Source: Planctomycetota bacterium (lineage in GTDB: Bacteria > Planctomycetota > GCA-002687715 > CAIWVZ01). From it: a stretch of 64,000 bases of DNA. The DNA lies in the NCBI GenBank assembly GCA_044222185.1, contig JBGANV010000009.1:1-64000 (forward strand). Reading direction: 5' to 3'. Of this stretch, positions 20,061 through 29,513 are shown piece after piece; positions within the stretch are counted from its first letter, which is position 1, and each line of letters starts with the position of its first letter. The notes beneath the pieces are model-generated. The model saw only the letters and a program-made list of their open reading frames with translations. It had not been told where the DNA came from and ran no database searches. The translations under genes were made by a program, and so were the position numbers.

Positions 20061-22154
20061 GTGCGAGCGTTCCAACTGAAGGACTCGACCGTTCCGCCGT
20101 TGATCGTCGGCGCGCTCTCGGCGTTCGTCGCGATCGTCTGGGTGATTCCCCAGTGGTCGCGCTTCCCCGAGACTCGATGGGACGCACCGGGACACCTGCT
20201 CGCGATCGAGACGATCCGCGATCGATTCCTGCCCTGGCCGACTGGCTGGGAGGGCCGGGTCTTCAGCGGCTACGCGCAGGGTGAGTTCTATCCGCCCTTT
20301 GCGCACTGGCTCGCGGCATGGATCGCGTGCATCGTTCCCGCCGGGACGGCATACCGCCTCGTCCTGTCCGCGTCCGTGCTCCTCGTTCCGCTGGCCTCGT
20401 TCGTGTGCGCGCGGGGCTTCCGCATGCGGGGGTCGCAGGCCGCGACGTTCGCGATCCTCGCGACGGCGATCCTCGGTTCACCCAAGGCGGTGCTCCATGC
20501 CACCTACGACCTCGGCTCGACGTTCGAGTCGGGCTACCACATCGGCCTGTTCTCGGGCGCGGTCGCCGTCCCCATCTTCCTGCTCGGCGGCGCGGCGTTC
20601 GGGCGGGCTCTTTGCGGTCGTGGTTCGACCCTCGTGGCCGGGCTGTGGCTCGCGGCGGCGGTCACGAACCACCTCGTGGGCGGGATCGCGACGGCGGCGC
20701 TGTTCGCGACGGCATCGGGCGCTCGACTCCTCGCGGGAGGCGGCGCGCGCGCCACGCTCATGTGCGCTGCGAGGATCGGGGGCGCCGCGCTTCTTGCGTC
20801 CGCATGGTGGTTCGTTCCATTCCTGCGCGGGCACCGCGAGCTGCGCGTGTCTCACATCCCGTCCGATGCGGGTCCCGTCCTCGTGCTGGCGTTCGCTCTC
20901 GTGGTGCCGGTTCTCGTGATGAACCACGGATCGTTCCGGCGTCTGGCGTCGCGGGGCGGGGCGTTCGCCCTCCTCGCGGCGGGCCTCGTCGCCTGGATGT
21001 CGTTGGGCGATCGGCTGCGCGCGACCGGTCACCTGTACCGCCTGGCTCCATTCGTGTTGCTCGGGCTCTGCGGCGTCGTCGCGGCCGCTTGTGACACGCG
21101 ACGCAGCCGCGTGGCGCTCGGAGTCCTGGCGTCCGCCGTGCTGATCGCCACGGTTCCCTTCGTGCAGGAACGAGAGACCGTCGCTCCGCCGCCGACGATC
21201 CACATGCCACCGGACCTGACGACCGACGACCGCATCCTCGTTGCGACGCTGCTCGGCCACGATCATGCTCCGCACTTCCTCGAGGCGGAGGTCGTGCGAC
21301 GGTCGCCGGCGTCGGCGCTCGTGGGCCTCTTCGTCGAATCCTCGCCGTTGTCGCGGTGGTGTCTGGATCTGGCTCGCACGGTCGCGTTCGACACGTACTC
21401 GTGGGGAGTGCCGGTCGACAGTGCGAACACGGCACGCCTCGCCACGGCGCTCGACGACGGTGGCCCCCTCGCCACTTCTGAAGAGGAATCGAGGCGCCTC
21501 CTCGCGGAAATCGCCGACCGCATGGCGCTCTTCGGTGTGACGCGCGTCCTGACGGATCGCCGTCTGCCGGCAGAGCTCGTCCTGGGCGACGCGCCCGTCG
21601 TCTGCCGGATTCCGTTCGAGGGCGAAGTCGGCGGCAGCGAGTTCGAGGTCGACGGTGGAGCCCGCGTCTTCCGCCTGCATCGTGTGCGTCAGCCACCTCG
21701 ACTCGCACAGGTCGTGAGGGCACCGCTTCGCCCCGTCGAATACACACCCGACGCCTGGGATCGCGCCGTCGGAGAGCATCTCTTCACGGAGACGCCAGCG
21801 GAAGGCTGGCCCGTGGAAGAACGAGATGGACTCGACGTGACGCCTGCGCCTCCAGGCGCCAGCGCGACCGCAACGATCTCGGGTGGGGGGACCCGTGTTC
21901 AGGTCGACGTCACGTCCGACGTGCCCGTGCCCGTCCTCGTGTCGGTGGGATTCCACACGGCGTGGCAGGCGACGGATGGGGACGGTCGCCCGATCGCCGT
22001 CGACCGCGCGTCTCCCGGGTTCTGTCTCGTGCGAGGCATGGGGCGTATCACGCTCGATCGCCGCGAGGGCCTCGCGCGTCCGCTCTTCATCGTTCCAGGA
22101 CTTCTGATCGCGGTCGGAATCGCCGGGGGCGTGCGCCGCCGGAGGTGTGGCTGA
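20061..22154 (+). CDS. polytopic membrane protein, GT-C/'PTPS-related'/YfhO-like putative glycosyltransferase
   Basis: WD..GH loop after TM1, GY....FYPP motif, about 12 TM helices, periplasmic C-terminal domain and a terminal TM helix. Confidence 0.6.
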   Translation: MRAFQLKDSTVPPLIVGALSAFVAIVWVIPQWSRFPETRWDAPGHLLAIETIRDRFLPWPTGWEGRVFSGYAQGEFYPPFAHWLAAWIACIVPAGTAYRLVLSASVLLVPLASFVCARGFRMRGSQAATFAILATAILGSPKAVLHATYDLGSTFESGYHIGLFSGAVAVPIFLLGGAAFGRALCGRGSTLVAGLWLAAAVTNHLVGGIATAALFATASGARLLAGGGARATLMCAARIGGAALLASAWWFVPFLRGHRELRVSHIPSDAGPVLVLAFALVVPVLVMNHGSFRRLASRGGAFALLAAGLVAWMSLGDRLRATGHLYRLAPFVLLGLCGVVAAACDTRRSRVALGVLASAVLIATVPFVQERETVAPPPTIHMPPDLTTDDRILVATLLGHDHAPHFLEAEVVRRSPASALVGLFVESSPLSRWCLDLARTVAFDTYSWGVPVDSANTARLATALDDGGPLATSEEESRRLLAEIADRMALFGVTRVLTDRRLPAELVLGDAPVVCRIPFEGEVGGSEFEVDGGARVFRLHRVRQPPRLAQVVRAPLRPVEYTPDAWDRAVGEHLFTETPAEGWPVEERDGLDVTPAPPGASATATISGGGTRVQVDVTSDVPVPVLVSVGFHTAWQATDGDGRPIAVDRASPGFCLVRGMGRITLDRREGLARPLFIVPGLLIAVGIAGGVRRRRCG

Positions 22155-22312
22155 GGCGCGGCGACGACGCGACGTCCGGAGGCCTCGCTGCGGCGGCCGA
22201 GCCTCAATGATGCGCTGCGAACTGCCGAAGAGTCCCACGGGGATCCCGTGCGCTCGCAGTCCGGTCGACTGCAGCAGGTCAGCGGACCCTGGAACGGTTT
22301 GAGGAGTCGAAG

Positions 22313-22894
22313 GTGAACGGAACGAACCGGGTTCAACGCCGCCCTGGCACTGCGGGATTCACGTTGGTCGAGCTGGCCGTGGTCGTGGCGATCCTCGCCG
22401 TGCTTGCGGGCATCCTCGTCCCAGTCATCAGCGGAACGATCGACGACGCGGCGATCTCGCGCGCCGACGGCGACATGAAGACCGTCGGAAACGCGTTCAA
22501 CGCGTACCGGATCAACACCGGGTCGTGGCCGAGCAACGACCCGACGGCCGCCGTCACGACGAAGAACGAAGAGCTTCGCAACTTCGCGTGCTTCTACTCG
22601 AACGTCCACACCCGAACGAACTGGAAAGGGCCGTACCTGAACCAGGGCGTCGGCACGGGCGCGGCGATGACGGTCGCCGGCAGCACGGCGTCAGGCAACA
22701 CGGGTCTCATCGATCCATGGGGCAACGCCTACAAGGTCTACTGGTTCGCGAAGAACGCACAGATGGGACCCGCTGGCGGAATCGCCATCGTCTCGCCGGG
22801 CCGCAACGGAACCGTCAACAGCTCGCTCGCGCAGATCGCCCAGGGTATCGCCGCGTCGGATGACGTGGTCGTCGTCGTCACGCGTCGGCTCTGA
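22313..22894 (+). CDS. prepilin-peptidase-processed pseudopilin (GspG-like)
   Basis: G|FTLVEL class III signal, WKGPYL and DPWGNAY motifs. Confidence 0.9.
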   Translation: MNGTNRVQRRPGTAGFTLVELAVVVAILAVLAGILVPVISGTIDDAAISRADGDMKTVGNAFNAYRINTGSWPSNDPTAAVTTKNEELRNFACFYSNVHTRTNWKGPYLNQGVGTGAAMTVAGSTASGNTGLIDPWGNAYKVYWFAKNAQMGPAGGIAIVSPGRNGTVNSSLAQIAQGIAASDDVVVVVTRRL

Positions 22895-23000
22895 GGATTC
22901 GGGAAGCGGCGCTCCTCCGCGAGCGCCGTGCGCGGAAGAGGGAACGGAGCGGCGCCGCGTTCAGCGCCGAGGTTCCGACGCGCGTGGGGGAAGTCACCGG

Positions 23001-24455
23001 ATGTTCCGAACTCCTGGCAGGTCCGACCTCGCCTTCCTGTTCGTGTCGGATGCGGGCATCACTCGCGTCGACACGCAAACGGTCGACGGTCGAATCGTCG
23101 CGCGCATCGGATCTTCGACTCCGGGTTCCTCGCACGACGACATCGCACGGCTGGCGACGGAGACGTCGCGAACGTCCCGCAGCGTGGTGGCCCTCGCGGG
23201 GGACGGCGTCTCGCACTCGTCCGTACTCATGGCGCCGAAGGTGCGTCCGAAGGCCGTGAGGCCCCTGCTCGCGCGGCAGCTTCCGGACGGTGAAGCCTTT
23301 GCGTCGTTCGAAGCTGGGGACGTTCGGCAGGACCAGTTCACGCTGGCCGCGCATTTCGTGTCGTCCGTTCGAACGCGTGCGATCACGCCGCTCGTTCGGG
23401 AACTGGTCAATCGCGGCGTCCGCGTCGCGGGCGTGATCCCGGCCGATCGCCTCATGCTGGTCTTTGGACGACGATTCCTCGGCGCTGAGAAGCGCGGGTT
23501 GCGGATCGTGGCCTTTCAGGAGCCGGAGCGCCTGAGTCTGTCGTGCTACGTCGACGGCCGCGCCATCTTCCTGCGGAGCGTGGAGGGGGCGCCCGAGGGC
23601 GACGACGAGATGCGCGCCGCCTTCGCCGTGGCGGAGGTCCAGCGCACCGGGCTCGTCGTGCGCGGCCGGTTCAAGACGCCCGACCTGGAAGCCGCGGTCG
23701 TCGTCGACGCGATCGGCGCCTTGAGAGCCGACGCGCTGGCGCAGGCGGGCGAGCGCGCCGGCGTGGCCGTGACGCACGCGCCGTTCGCGACCGAGACGGA
23801 TGCGACCGCGGACCTGGCATCGCGCGCGCTGGCCGTGCGTGGCGCCTTCGCCCGGGCCCTCGTCACGGCCGGCGAGCACAAGGTGGCCATGGCTCCGTGC
23901 GACTTGCCGGCGCCGCGATGGATCGTCGGCGTCCGCTTGCTGGGCGCGGCGTCGCTCGTCGCGGCGTTCTGGATCGGCGGCTTCCGGTTGAAGACGGAGG
24001 CCGAACGGTTGCGGTCCGGGATCCTGGACGCGGCACCGAGCGGATCCGTCGGTTCGGAGACCGACGAGATCCTGGCCAGGACTGCGGCGGCCGAGGATCT
24101 GGCGCGCGGTCTCCTCGCCACGCTTCCCGAGGTCGAATCCCGACCATCGTCGCCAGCGGTCTCCGCCGTGCTGAGGGCTCTTGCCGCCGCCATGCCCGAT
24201 GACGTCGCCCTCACGCGGATCCAGGTCGAGCGAACCTCGACGACTGCGCGGGTTCACGTCGATGCGCGCGTTGCCGGATCGCTGGCGGATGCGCGCAAGA
24301 CGATGCGACGGGTCACGGCCGCCGTTCGCGCGTGGCCAGCGGTCACGTCCGTGAGCGAGCCGGCGGTCTCCGACACGAACTTCGCCTTCGATCCAGCCGT
24401 CGCACAGGCGACGACGTCGGTCGCGTTCGACGTGAGTTGGGAGGCCGCTCAGTGA
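23001..24455 (+). CDS. PilM-PilN/GspL-like fusion protein
   Basis: Degenerate actin-like cytoplasmic domain (AEVQRT), a single TM helix, then a periplasmic L.A.MPDDVALT PilN-like domain. Confidence 0.55.
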   Translation: MFRTPGRSDLAFLFVSDAGITRVDTQTVDGRIVARIGSSTPGSSHDDIARLATETSRTSRSVVALAGDGVSHSSVLMAPKVRPKAVRPLLARQLPDGEAFASFEAGDVRQDQFTLAAHFVSSVRTRAITPLVRELVNRGVRVAGVIPADRLMLVFGRRFLGAEKRGLRIVAFQEPERLSLSCYVDGRAIFLRSVEGAPEGDDEMRAAFAVAEVQRTGLVVRGRFKTPDLEAAVVVDAIGALRADALAQAGERAGVAVTHAPFATETDATADLASRALAVRGAFARALVTAGEHKVAMAPCDLPAPRWIVGVRLLGAASLVAAFWIGGFRLKTEAERLRSGILDAAPSGSVGSETDEILARTAAAEDLARGLLATLPEVESRPSSPAVSAVLRALAAAMPDDVALTRIQVERTSTTARVHVDARVAGSLADARKTMRRVTAAVRAWPAVTSVSEPAVSDTNFAFDPAVAQATTSVAFDVSWEAAQ

Positions 24456-25051
24456 CCCCACGGCGGAAACTGATCATAGGGGGCGGTGTGACGCTGGCCG
24501 TCGCGCTGATTCCCGCCGCGCTCGCCGCCGTGCCGTCGTGGTACGGCGTCATGCGGGCGAGCGCCGAGGCCCGGAAGAACGCCAGCGTCGACGCACGATC
24601 GTCGCTTGCCGCGGATCGTTGGGCCGACCTGCGCGAGCACACGTGGCCCCAGGTCAACGCTGCCGCGGCCGCGATGATCGCCCGCGTCCCCGTCGACGAG
24701 GCTCCGGGGGATCGCCTCCTCGTCATCCAGCGATGCGCCGCGGCCGCAGGCGTCGTCATCGAAGCTGCCAGCGAAGAGGCGTCGGGGACGGATGCCGGCG
24801 AAGAGGCTCAAGCGGCGGGCCCGCTCGGCGCCATCGACGTGGACGTCTCCTTCCGCGCGTCGCCCACGCGGCTTCGCGCGTTCGTCGAAGGCATCGAGTC
24901 CGGTGCGCGGCTCGTGAACATCCGGCAATTTCGCGTGGAACGCAGCGACGACCTCGAGAAGGGGCTCATCGGCCGGCTGACCGTGGCGTTCTCCGTGTGG
25001 CGTTCGCCTCCGAGCCCGCTGTTGATGAAACCGATCACGGAGGGCGAGTGA
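24452..25051 (+). CDS. PilO/GspM-like protein
   Basis: N-terminal TM, coiled coil, FV..IE...RLVNI..F.V ferredoxin-like motif; GTGA overlap with the upstream gene. Confidence 0.65.
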   Translation: MTPRRKLIIGGGVTLAVALIPAALAAVPSWYGVMRASAEARKNASVDARSSLAADRWADLREHTWPQVNAAAAAMIARVPVDEAPGDRLLVIQRCAAAAGVVIEAASEEASGTDAGEEAQAAGPLGAIDVDVSFRASPTRLRAFVEGIESGARLVNIRQFRVERSDDLEKGLIGRLTVAFSVWRSPPSPLLMKPITEGE

Positions 25052-25668
25052 GCAACGACCTCGTCGAATCCCCTGGTCGGCGGCGCCTGGTTGTCCTCGT
25101 CGTCGTGTTCGTGGCACTGCTTGCGGTCGCGGGAATCGTCCGTCCGAAGTCGGGCAGCGCCGAGCCTGCGCCGGAGACTGGCGCGCCGGACGGGCCGATG
25201 GAGGAGGCCGCGGACGCAGCCGGCGACCTCACGCCGGAGGCCTTCGCTGCCATGACGGAGAAGGTGAGCAGGTCGGCGGGACCGTCCAACGACGTGACGG
25301 CGCGTGACTTGTTCGCCTTCGCGCCGAGCGCCGCCGTGGATCCCACGCCCGTGACTCGGCCGGCCGTACCGGAGTCCCAACCCGAGTCCCGTCCGATCGA
25401 GACCCGCCCCTCGTCGCCACCGGAGCCCGTGGCGACGCCTGCGGACGTGGCCGCGATCGACGGCCTCATCCTTCGCGGGTTCGTGCGTGGAGGGATCTCC
25501 GGGACGACGGCGGTCACGAATCGGGGGCGCCTCAAGATCGGCGATCTGGTGCCGTCGTCGCGCTGGCGTGTGGACACGATCGACGCCGCTCAGGTGACGC
25601 TGCGCCTCGGCGCGGACTCGCGCGTGCTCACGCTGAAGCCGTCGGGCAAGACGGCCACGTCCCATTGA
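25048..25668 (+). CDS. PilP/GspB-like membrane-anchored protein
   Basis: TM anchor, RDLF motif, Pro-rich linker, C-terminal L.G...A..N...KIGD....W.V..I beta domain; GTGA overlap. Confidence 0.55.
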   Translation: MSNDLVESPGRRRLVVLVVVFVALLAVAGIVRPKSGSAEPAPETGAPDGPMEEAADAAGDLTPEAFAAMTEKVSRSAGPSNDVTARDLFAFAPSAAVDPTPVTRPAVPESQPESRPIETRPSSPPEPVATPADVAAIDGLILRGFVRGGISGTTAVTNRGRLKIGDLVPSSRWRVDTIDAAQVTLRLGADSRVLTLKPSGKTATSH

Positions 25669-25691
25669 TCGAGTGTTAGGCTGGCGCCCCC

Positions 25692-26573
25692 ATGGGCGCG
25701 ACGGCGACGAAACGGTCCAGGTCAGAGGACGTTCGATTCGAGCTCGAACGGCTGACACGGCAGTTCGGGCCCGGTTGGCGCGACGCCGATCCCGTGCGGT
25801 TTCCGCACCGATTCGCCATCGCGTCGGATCGGGAGATCGCGGCCTTCTTCTCCGCGTCGCTCGCGTTCGGCAACGTGAAGGCGATCCTCGCGAGCCTGGA
25901 ATCCTTGTTCGAGCGGCTCGGTCCTCGGCCCGCGCACACCCTCGTCACGGCCACTCCGCGAGAGATCCGTTCGCTCGCTCGCGGGTTCCGGCACCGCTGG
26001 ATCGGGGAGAGCGAACTGGCGGTTCTTGCCCTGGCGGTGCGGTGCGTGGTCCGCGAGCACGGGACGCTGGAAGCCGCGTTCGTCCACGGTGACGTGGCGG
26101 GCGCTCCGACGACCGAGGCGGGGCTGGAGGCCTTCTCTCGGCTCGTCCTCGCGCGTGTCGACGGCACCCCGTCGCGGGGGCTCAAGTTCCTGCTTCCCGC
26201 GCCGTCGTCCGGAAGCGCCTGCAAACGCGCCAACCTGTTCCTGCGGTGGGTCGCGCGTCCAGCGGACGGCTTGGATCTGGGGTTGTGGCGGCGCGTGGAG
26301 CCGAGGCGGCTGATCATCCCGCTCGACGTCCACGTCGGTTTCCACGCCCAGGTGTTGGGTTTCACCCGGCGGCGTCAGCTCGACTGGAAGGCCGCTTGCG
26401 AGGTGACAGCGGCCCTCCGCGTGTTCGACCCTGACGATCCGCTCCGGTTCGACTTTTCCCTCTGCCATCTCGGAATCCACGGAGAGTGCCGCAAGCGACG
26501 TGTGGCGCACGTCTGCGCCGCATGTCCGTTGGACCGCATGTGCCGATTGCCCACGAGAGGAGTGCGACGATGA
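25692..26573 (+). CDS. TIGR02757/DUF2400 family protein (HhH-GPD-like) with C-terminal 4-Cys motif
   Basis: DPV.FPH, DREI..F.SA.LAFG.V, SACKR.NLFLRW, DLGLW, IPLDVH, DP.DP.RFDF; C-x8-C-x2-C-x5-C. Confidence 0.88.
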   Translation: MGATATKRSRSEDVRFELERLTRQFGPGWRDADPVRFPHRFAIASDREIAAFFSASLAFGNVKAILASLESLFERLGPRPAHTLVTATPREIRSLARGFRHRWIGESELAVLALAVRCVVREHGTLEAAFVHGDVAGAPTTEAGLEAFSRLVLARVDGTPSRGLKFLLPAPSSGSACKRANLFLRWVARPADGLDLGLWRRVEPRRLIIPLDVHVGFHAQVLGFTRRRQLDWKAACEVTAALRVFDPDDPLRFDFSLCHLGIHGECRKRRVAHVCAACPLDRMCRLPTRGVRR

Positions 26574-27292
26574 CCGCGTGGACTCGCGAATCCGTGATCG
26601 AGGCCGTCCGCGCGGGCCGCACGCTGGCGAACGCCGACCTTTCCGGACTCGACCTTTGCAGCGCGGAGCTGCGGTCCGCCGACCTCCGCAACGCGAAGCT
26701 CGACGGGGCACGGTTCATCCGCGCGGACCTCTCGAACGCCAACCTGAACGGGGCCCAGGTCTCCGACGCATTCTTCGAGTTGTGCGTGATGCCTGGCGCC
26801 GATCTGCGGAACGTCCACGGTGAGCGCGCGCACTTCGCGAACGTCTTCCTTCAGGGCGCTCGGTTGGACGGTGCCCGGCTGCCGGGTGCGGACTTCTCCG
26901 GTGCGACGCTCGACACGTCGAGCCTCCACCGGGCCGACTTGACGGGCGCGGAGCTCGGCAACGCCGACCTCACGGCGTCCGACCTCACGCAGACGCGCCT
27001 GGAACGCGCGAGTCTGCGCTGTTGCATCCTGGCTCGCGCCAAGCTCGAGGGGACGCTCGCCCGTGCCGCGGATTTCTCGTCCGCAGACTTCTCCGACGCG
27101 AACCTCGTCGAGGTCGAGGCAGGTCGCGCCCAGTTCCTGGCAGCAATCTTCGACCAGGCGACGATCGCGCGCTGCGACTTCGAAGACGCCGACTTCCGCG
27201 GCGCCGGTCTGCGCGCCAAGGACCTCGTCGCGTGCGTCATCAAGGGCGCCGTCTTCAAGAAGCCGCGGATGCCGGGTGAGACGGACGGGTGA
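26570..27292 (+). CDS. pentapeptide repeat protein
   Basis: Tandem A(D/N)L/F-xx pentapeptides over nearly the whole length; ATGA overlap. Confidence 0.93.
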   Translation: MTAWTRESVIEAVRAGRTLANADLSGLDLCSAELRSADLRNAKLDGARFIRADLSNANLNGAQVSDAFFELCVMPGADLRNVHGERAHFANVFLQGARLDGARLPGADFSGATLDTSSLHRADLTGAELGNADLTASDLTQTRLERASLRCCILARAKLEGTLARAADFSSADFSDANLVEVEAGRAQFLAAIFDQATIARCDFEDADFRGAGLRAKDLVACVIKGAVFKKPRMPGETDG

Positions 27293-27352
27293 TGGCCTTG
27301 CGGACCGCGCCGGCCCTCGCGAGCCGTGCGGTCGCGGGCACGTCGCGAGGCG

Positions 27353-29182
27353 TCAGAAGTAGACGTATGTCCCGGTCGCCGAACAGCCCGACGTCGACGT
27401 GACGACGAGTGGCACCGGGCCCGGGGCCGAGCCTGCCGGAACGCCGACGAGGATCGTCGAGGCCGTCAGCGCCTGGATGGCGGCCGGATTCCCGCCGATC
27501 GTCACGGTCGTCCCGACGACGAACTGGGCCCCGATGATCAGGACCGTGCCTCCGCCGGCGACCGGACCGGATCCATTGATGAGGCTCAGGATCGTCGGAG
27601 ACGGATTGAACGGCGTGGTCCGGGTCTGCCCGTCAGGGTTCGTCACCGTCAGGGTCGCGCTGCACGGAACTCCCGGCGGCATCACGAAGGTCATCGACGT
27701 CGCGGTCTGCGCCGTGACCGTCACCGGAATGCCGCTGATCGAGATCGTGGCGCCGGCCTGGATTCCTTGTCCCACGATCGCGACGACGGCGCCGGGAGGG
27801 GCGACGAGCGGGCTCACCGTGGTGATCGCCAGGGTCGGAACGTAGGTGAACGCGCCGGGCAGCGTGAATGAGTTTCCGTCCGGGTTCGAAACCTGCACGC
27901 TTGCGGCGCCGAGCGATCCCGCCGGCGTCGAGCACGTGATCGTCGACGAGGTGATGACCGACGCGTTCGTGGCCGCAGTGCCGTTGAACCGAACCGTCGC
28001 GCCGGGGAGGAAGTTCGAGCCGTTGATCGTCACTGGCCAGCCACCGGCCGTCGGGCCCGTGGCCGGGGAAACGCTCGTGACCACGGGCGGCGGCGCCGTG
28101 ACGGACGTCGACACGGCGTTGCTGATCGCGCCGACGCCATACGGAGCCAGGCCGTCGATGACGAAGAACGCCGCGGAGAGCGATTGTCCGATCAGTTGCG
28201 GTACCGCTGGCAGGTTCACGGACGGGAACGCGAGGCCCATGCCGTTCGTGATGCCAGCGAAGCCCACGAACACGTTCGGAATGACCGCACCATACGTGCT
28301 GTTCAGGAAGGGCGGATTGAGCGGGAAGCTGCCCGTCAGCGGGGCGGGAAGCACGACGCCAGGCGTAGAGCCCGAGAGCGAGACGTCCATCAAGAATGGT
28401 GTGCTCGGCGGCAGGGTGAACAGCTCGTAGCCGATCGTGGTTCCAATGGGGGCGCTCGGAGCGGCGTCCAGGTAGATCGCGCGGACGGGGGACGTCGACG
28501 GCACGATCGAGATCCCGGGCCCGATGGCGACGCCGTTGTGGCCTCCGGTGAGGTCTGCGTAGTTCCCGTCGAAATGCCATGCGGCGACGAGGCCGGGCTT
28601 GTTGTCAACCCGCTTGAACATCGTGGACTGGATCTGGCTCGCCGATCGCGCCACGGACCAGATCCGGATTTCGTCGAGCTTGCCGCGCCAGGTTTCGGAC
28701 GAGCTGCCACCCTGACCCAACTGGAGGATGTCCGTGTCACCGTTGATCGTGCCGCTCGCGGGCATGGAGGAGACCAACACCCCGTCGAAGTACATCCGCA
28801 TCATGGCGCCGTCGTAGACGCCAGCGACGTGGAACCACGTGTTCGTCGGTATGGGCCCGGGGGAGTAGAGGATGTTCAAACCCGCGGCCGACGTCGAGAC
28901 GATGAACTCGAGCGCCGCGTTCACCCCGTTGTGCTTCACGAGGACGTAGGAGTGGCTCCACTGGCTCTTGCGAATGATCGAAGGTCGGTTCGATCCGCCC
29001 GGCGCCGCCGGGTCGTGAAGGACCCACGCCTCGACGGTCAGCGTGTTCGCCGGAACGAGGTCCGGTGAATGCTGCACCTGGACGTAGCCATTCTCGCTCG
29101 TGTAGCTGATCATCCCCGGGCCCTGTGCACCGAGGAACGCGGACAGGGACAGTGCGCAGAGCGCGGAACATCCGATCTTCAT
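27353..29182 (-). CDS. secreted LamG-like jellyroll + IPT/TIG repeat protein
   Basis: Signal peptide; TVEAWV..WFHVAGVYDG..MYFDG..G.LDEIRIW LamG motifs; three IPT/TIG domains; GGAGG RBS. Confidence 0.85.
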   Translation of the reverse strand: MKIGCSALCALSLSAFLGAQGPGMISYTSENGYVQVQHSPDLVPANTLTVEAWVLHDPAAPGGSNRPSIIRKSQWSHSYVLVKHNGVNAALEFIVSTSAAGLNILYSPGPIPTNTWFHVAGVYDGAMMRMYFDGVLVSSMPASGTINGDTDILQLGQGGSSSETWRGKLDEIRIWSVARSASQIQSTMFKRVDNKPGLVAAWHFDGNYADLTGGHNGVAIGPGISIVPSTSPVRAIYLDAAPSAPIGTTIGYELFTLPPSTPFLMDVSLSGSTPGVVLPAPLTGSFPLNPPFLNSTYGAVIPNVFVGFAGITNGMGLAFPSVNLPAVPQLIGQSLSAAFFVIDGLAPYGVGAISNAVSTSVTAPPPVVTSVSPATGPTAGGWPVTINGSNFLPGATVRFNGTAATNASVITSSTITCSTPAGSLGAASVQVSNPDGNSFTLPGAFTYVPTLAITTVSPLVAPPGAVVAIVGQGIQAGATISISGIPVTVTAQTATSMTFVMPPGVPCSATLTVTNPDGQTRTTPFNPSPTILSLINGSGPVAGGGTVLIIGAQFVVGTTVTIGGNPAAIQALTASTILVGVPAGSAPGPVPLVVTSTSGCSATGTYVYF

Positions 29183-29513
29183 GGTTGCCCTCCATCGACG
29201 GCGAATGGTCGCAGTCACGACGCCGATTGGGGGCGATTATCTGCGGGGACGGCGACCGTGGCAACCATGTCGAGTTCGTGGGCGCCTTTTGCGCAGTGCT
29301 GCGGCGCCGCGTCTTCGCCATCGCTCGCGCGACGCCGAGACCCGGTCGCCGTCGCGACGGACGTCGTCGGCGAGGTCCCGTTGCGCCGAAATAGAAAAAG
29401 GCGCCGGAACGACTCGCCGCGGGGCGAGGGTCCGGCGCCTTTGGCGGATCACTCACGTGTGCGCGTGAGCGACCGGCGCGTGGCGAGCGGGCGCGAGACC
29501 CGCTCGTCCACCA

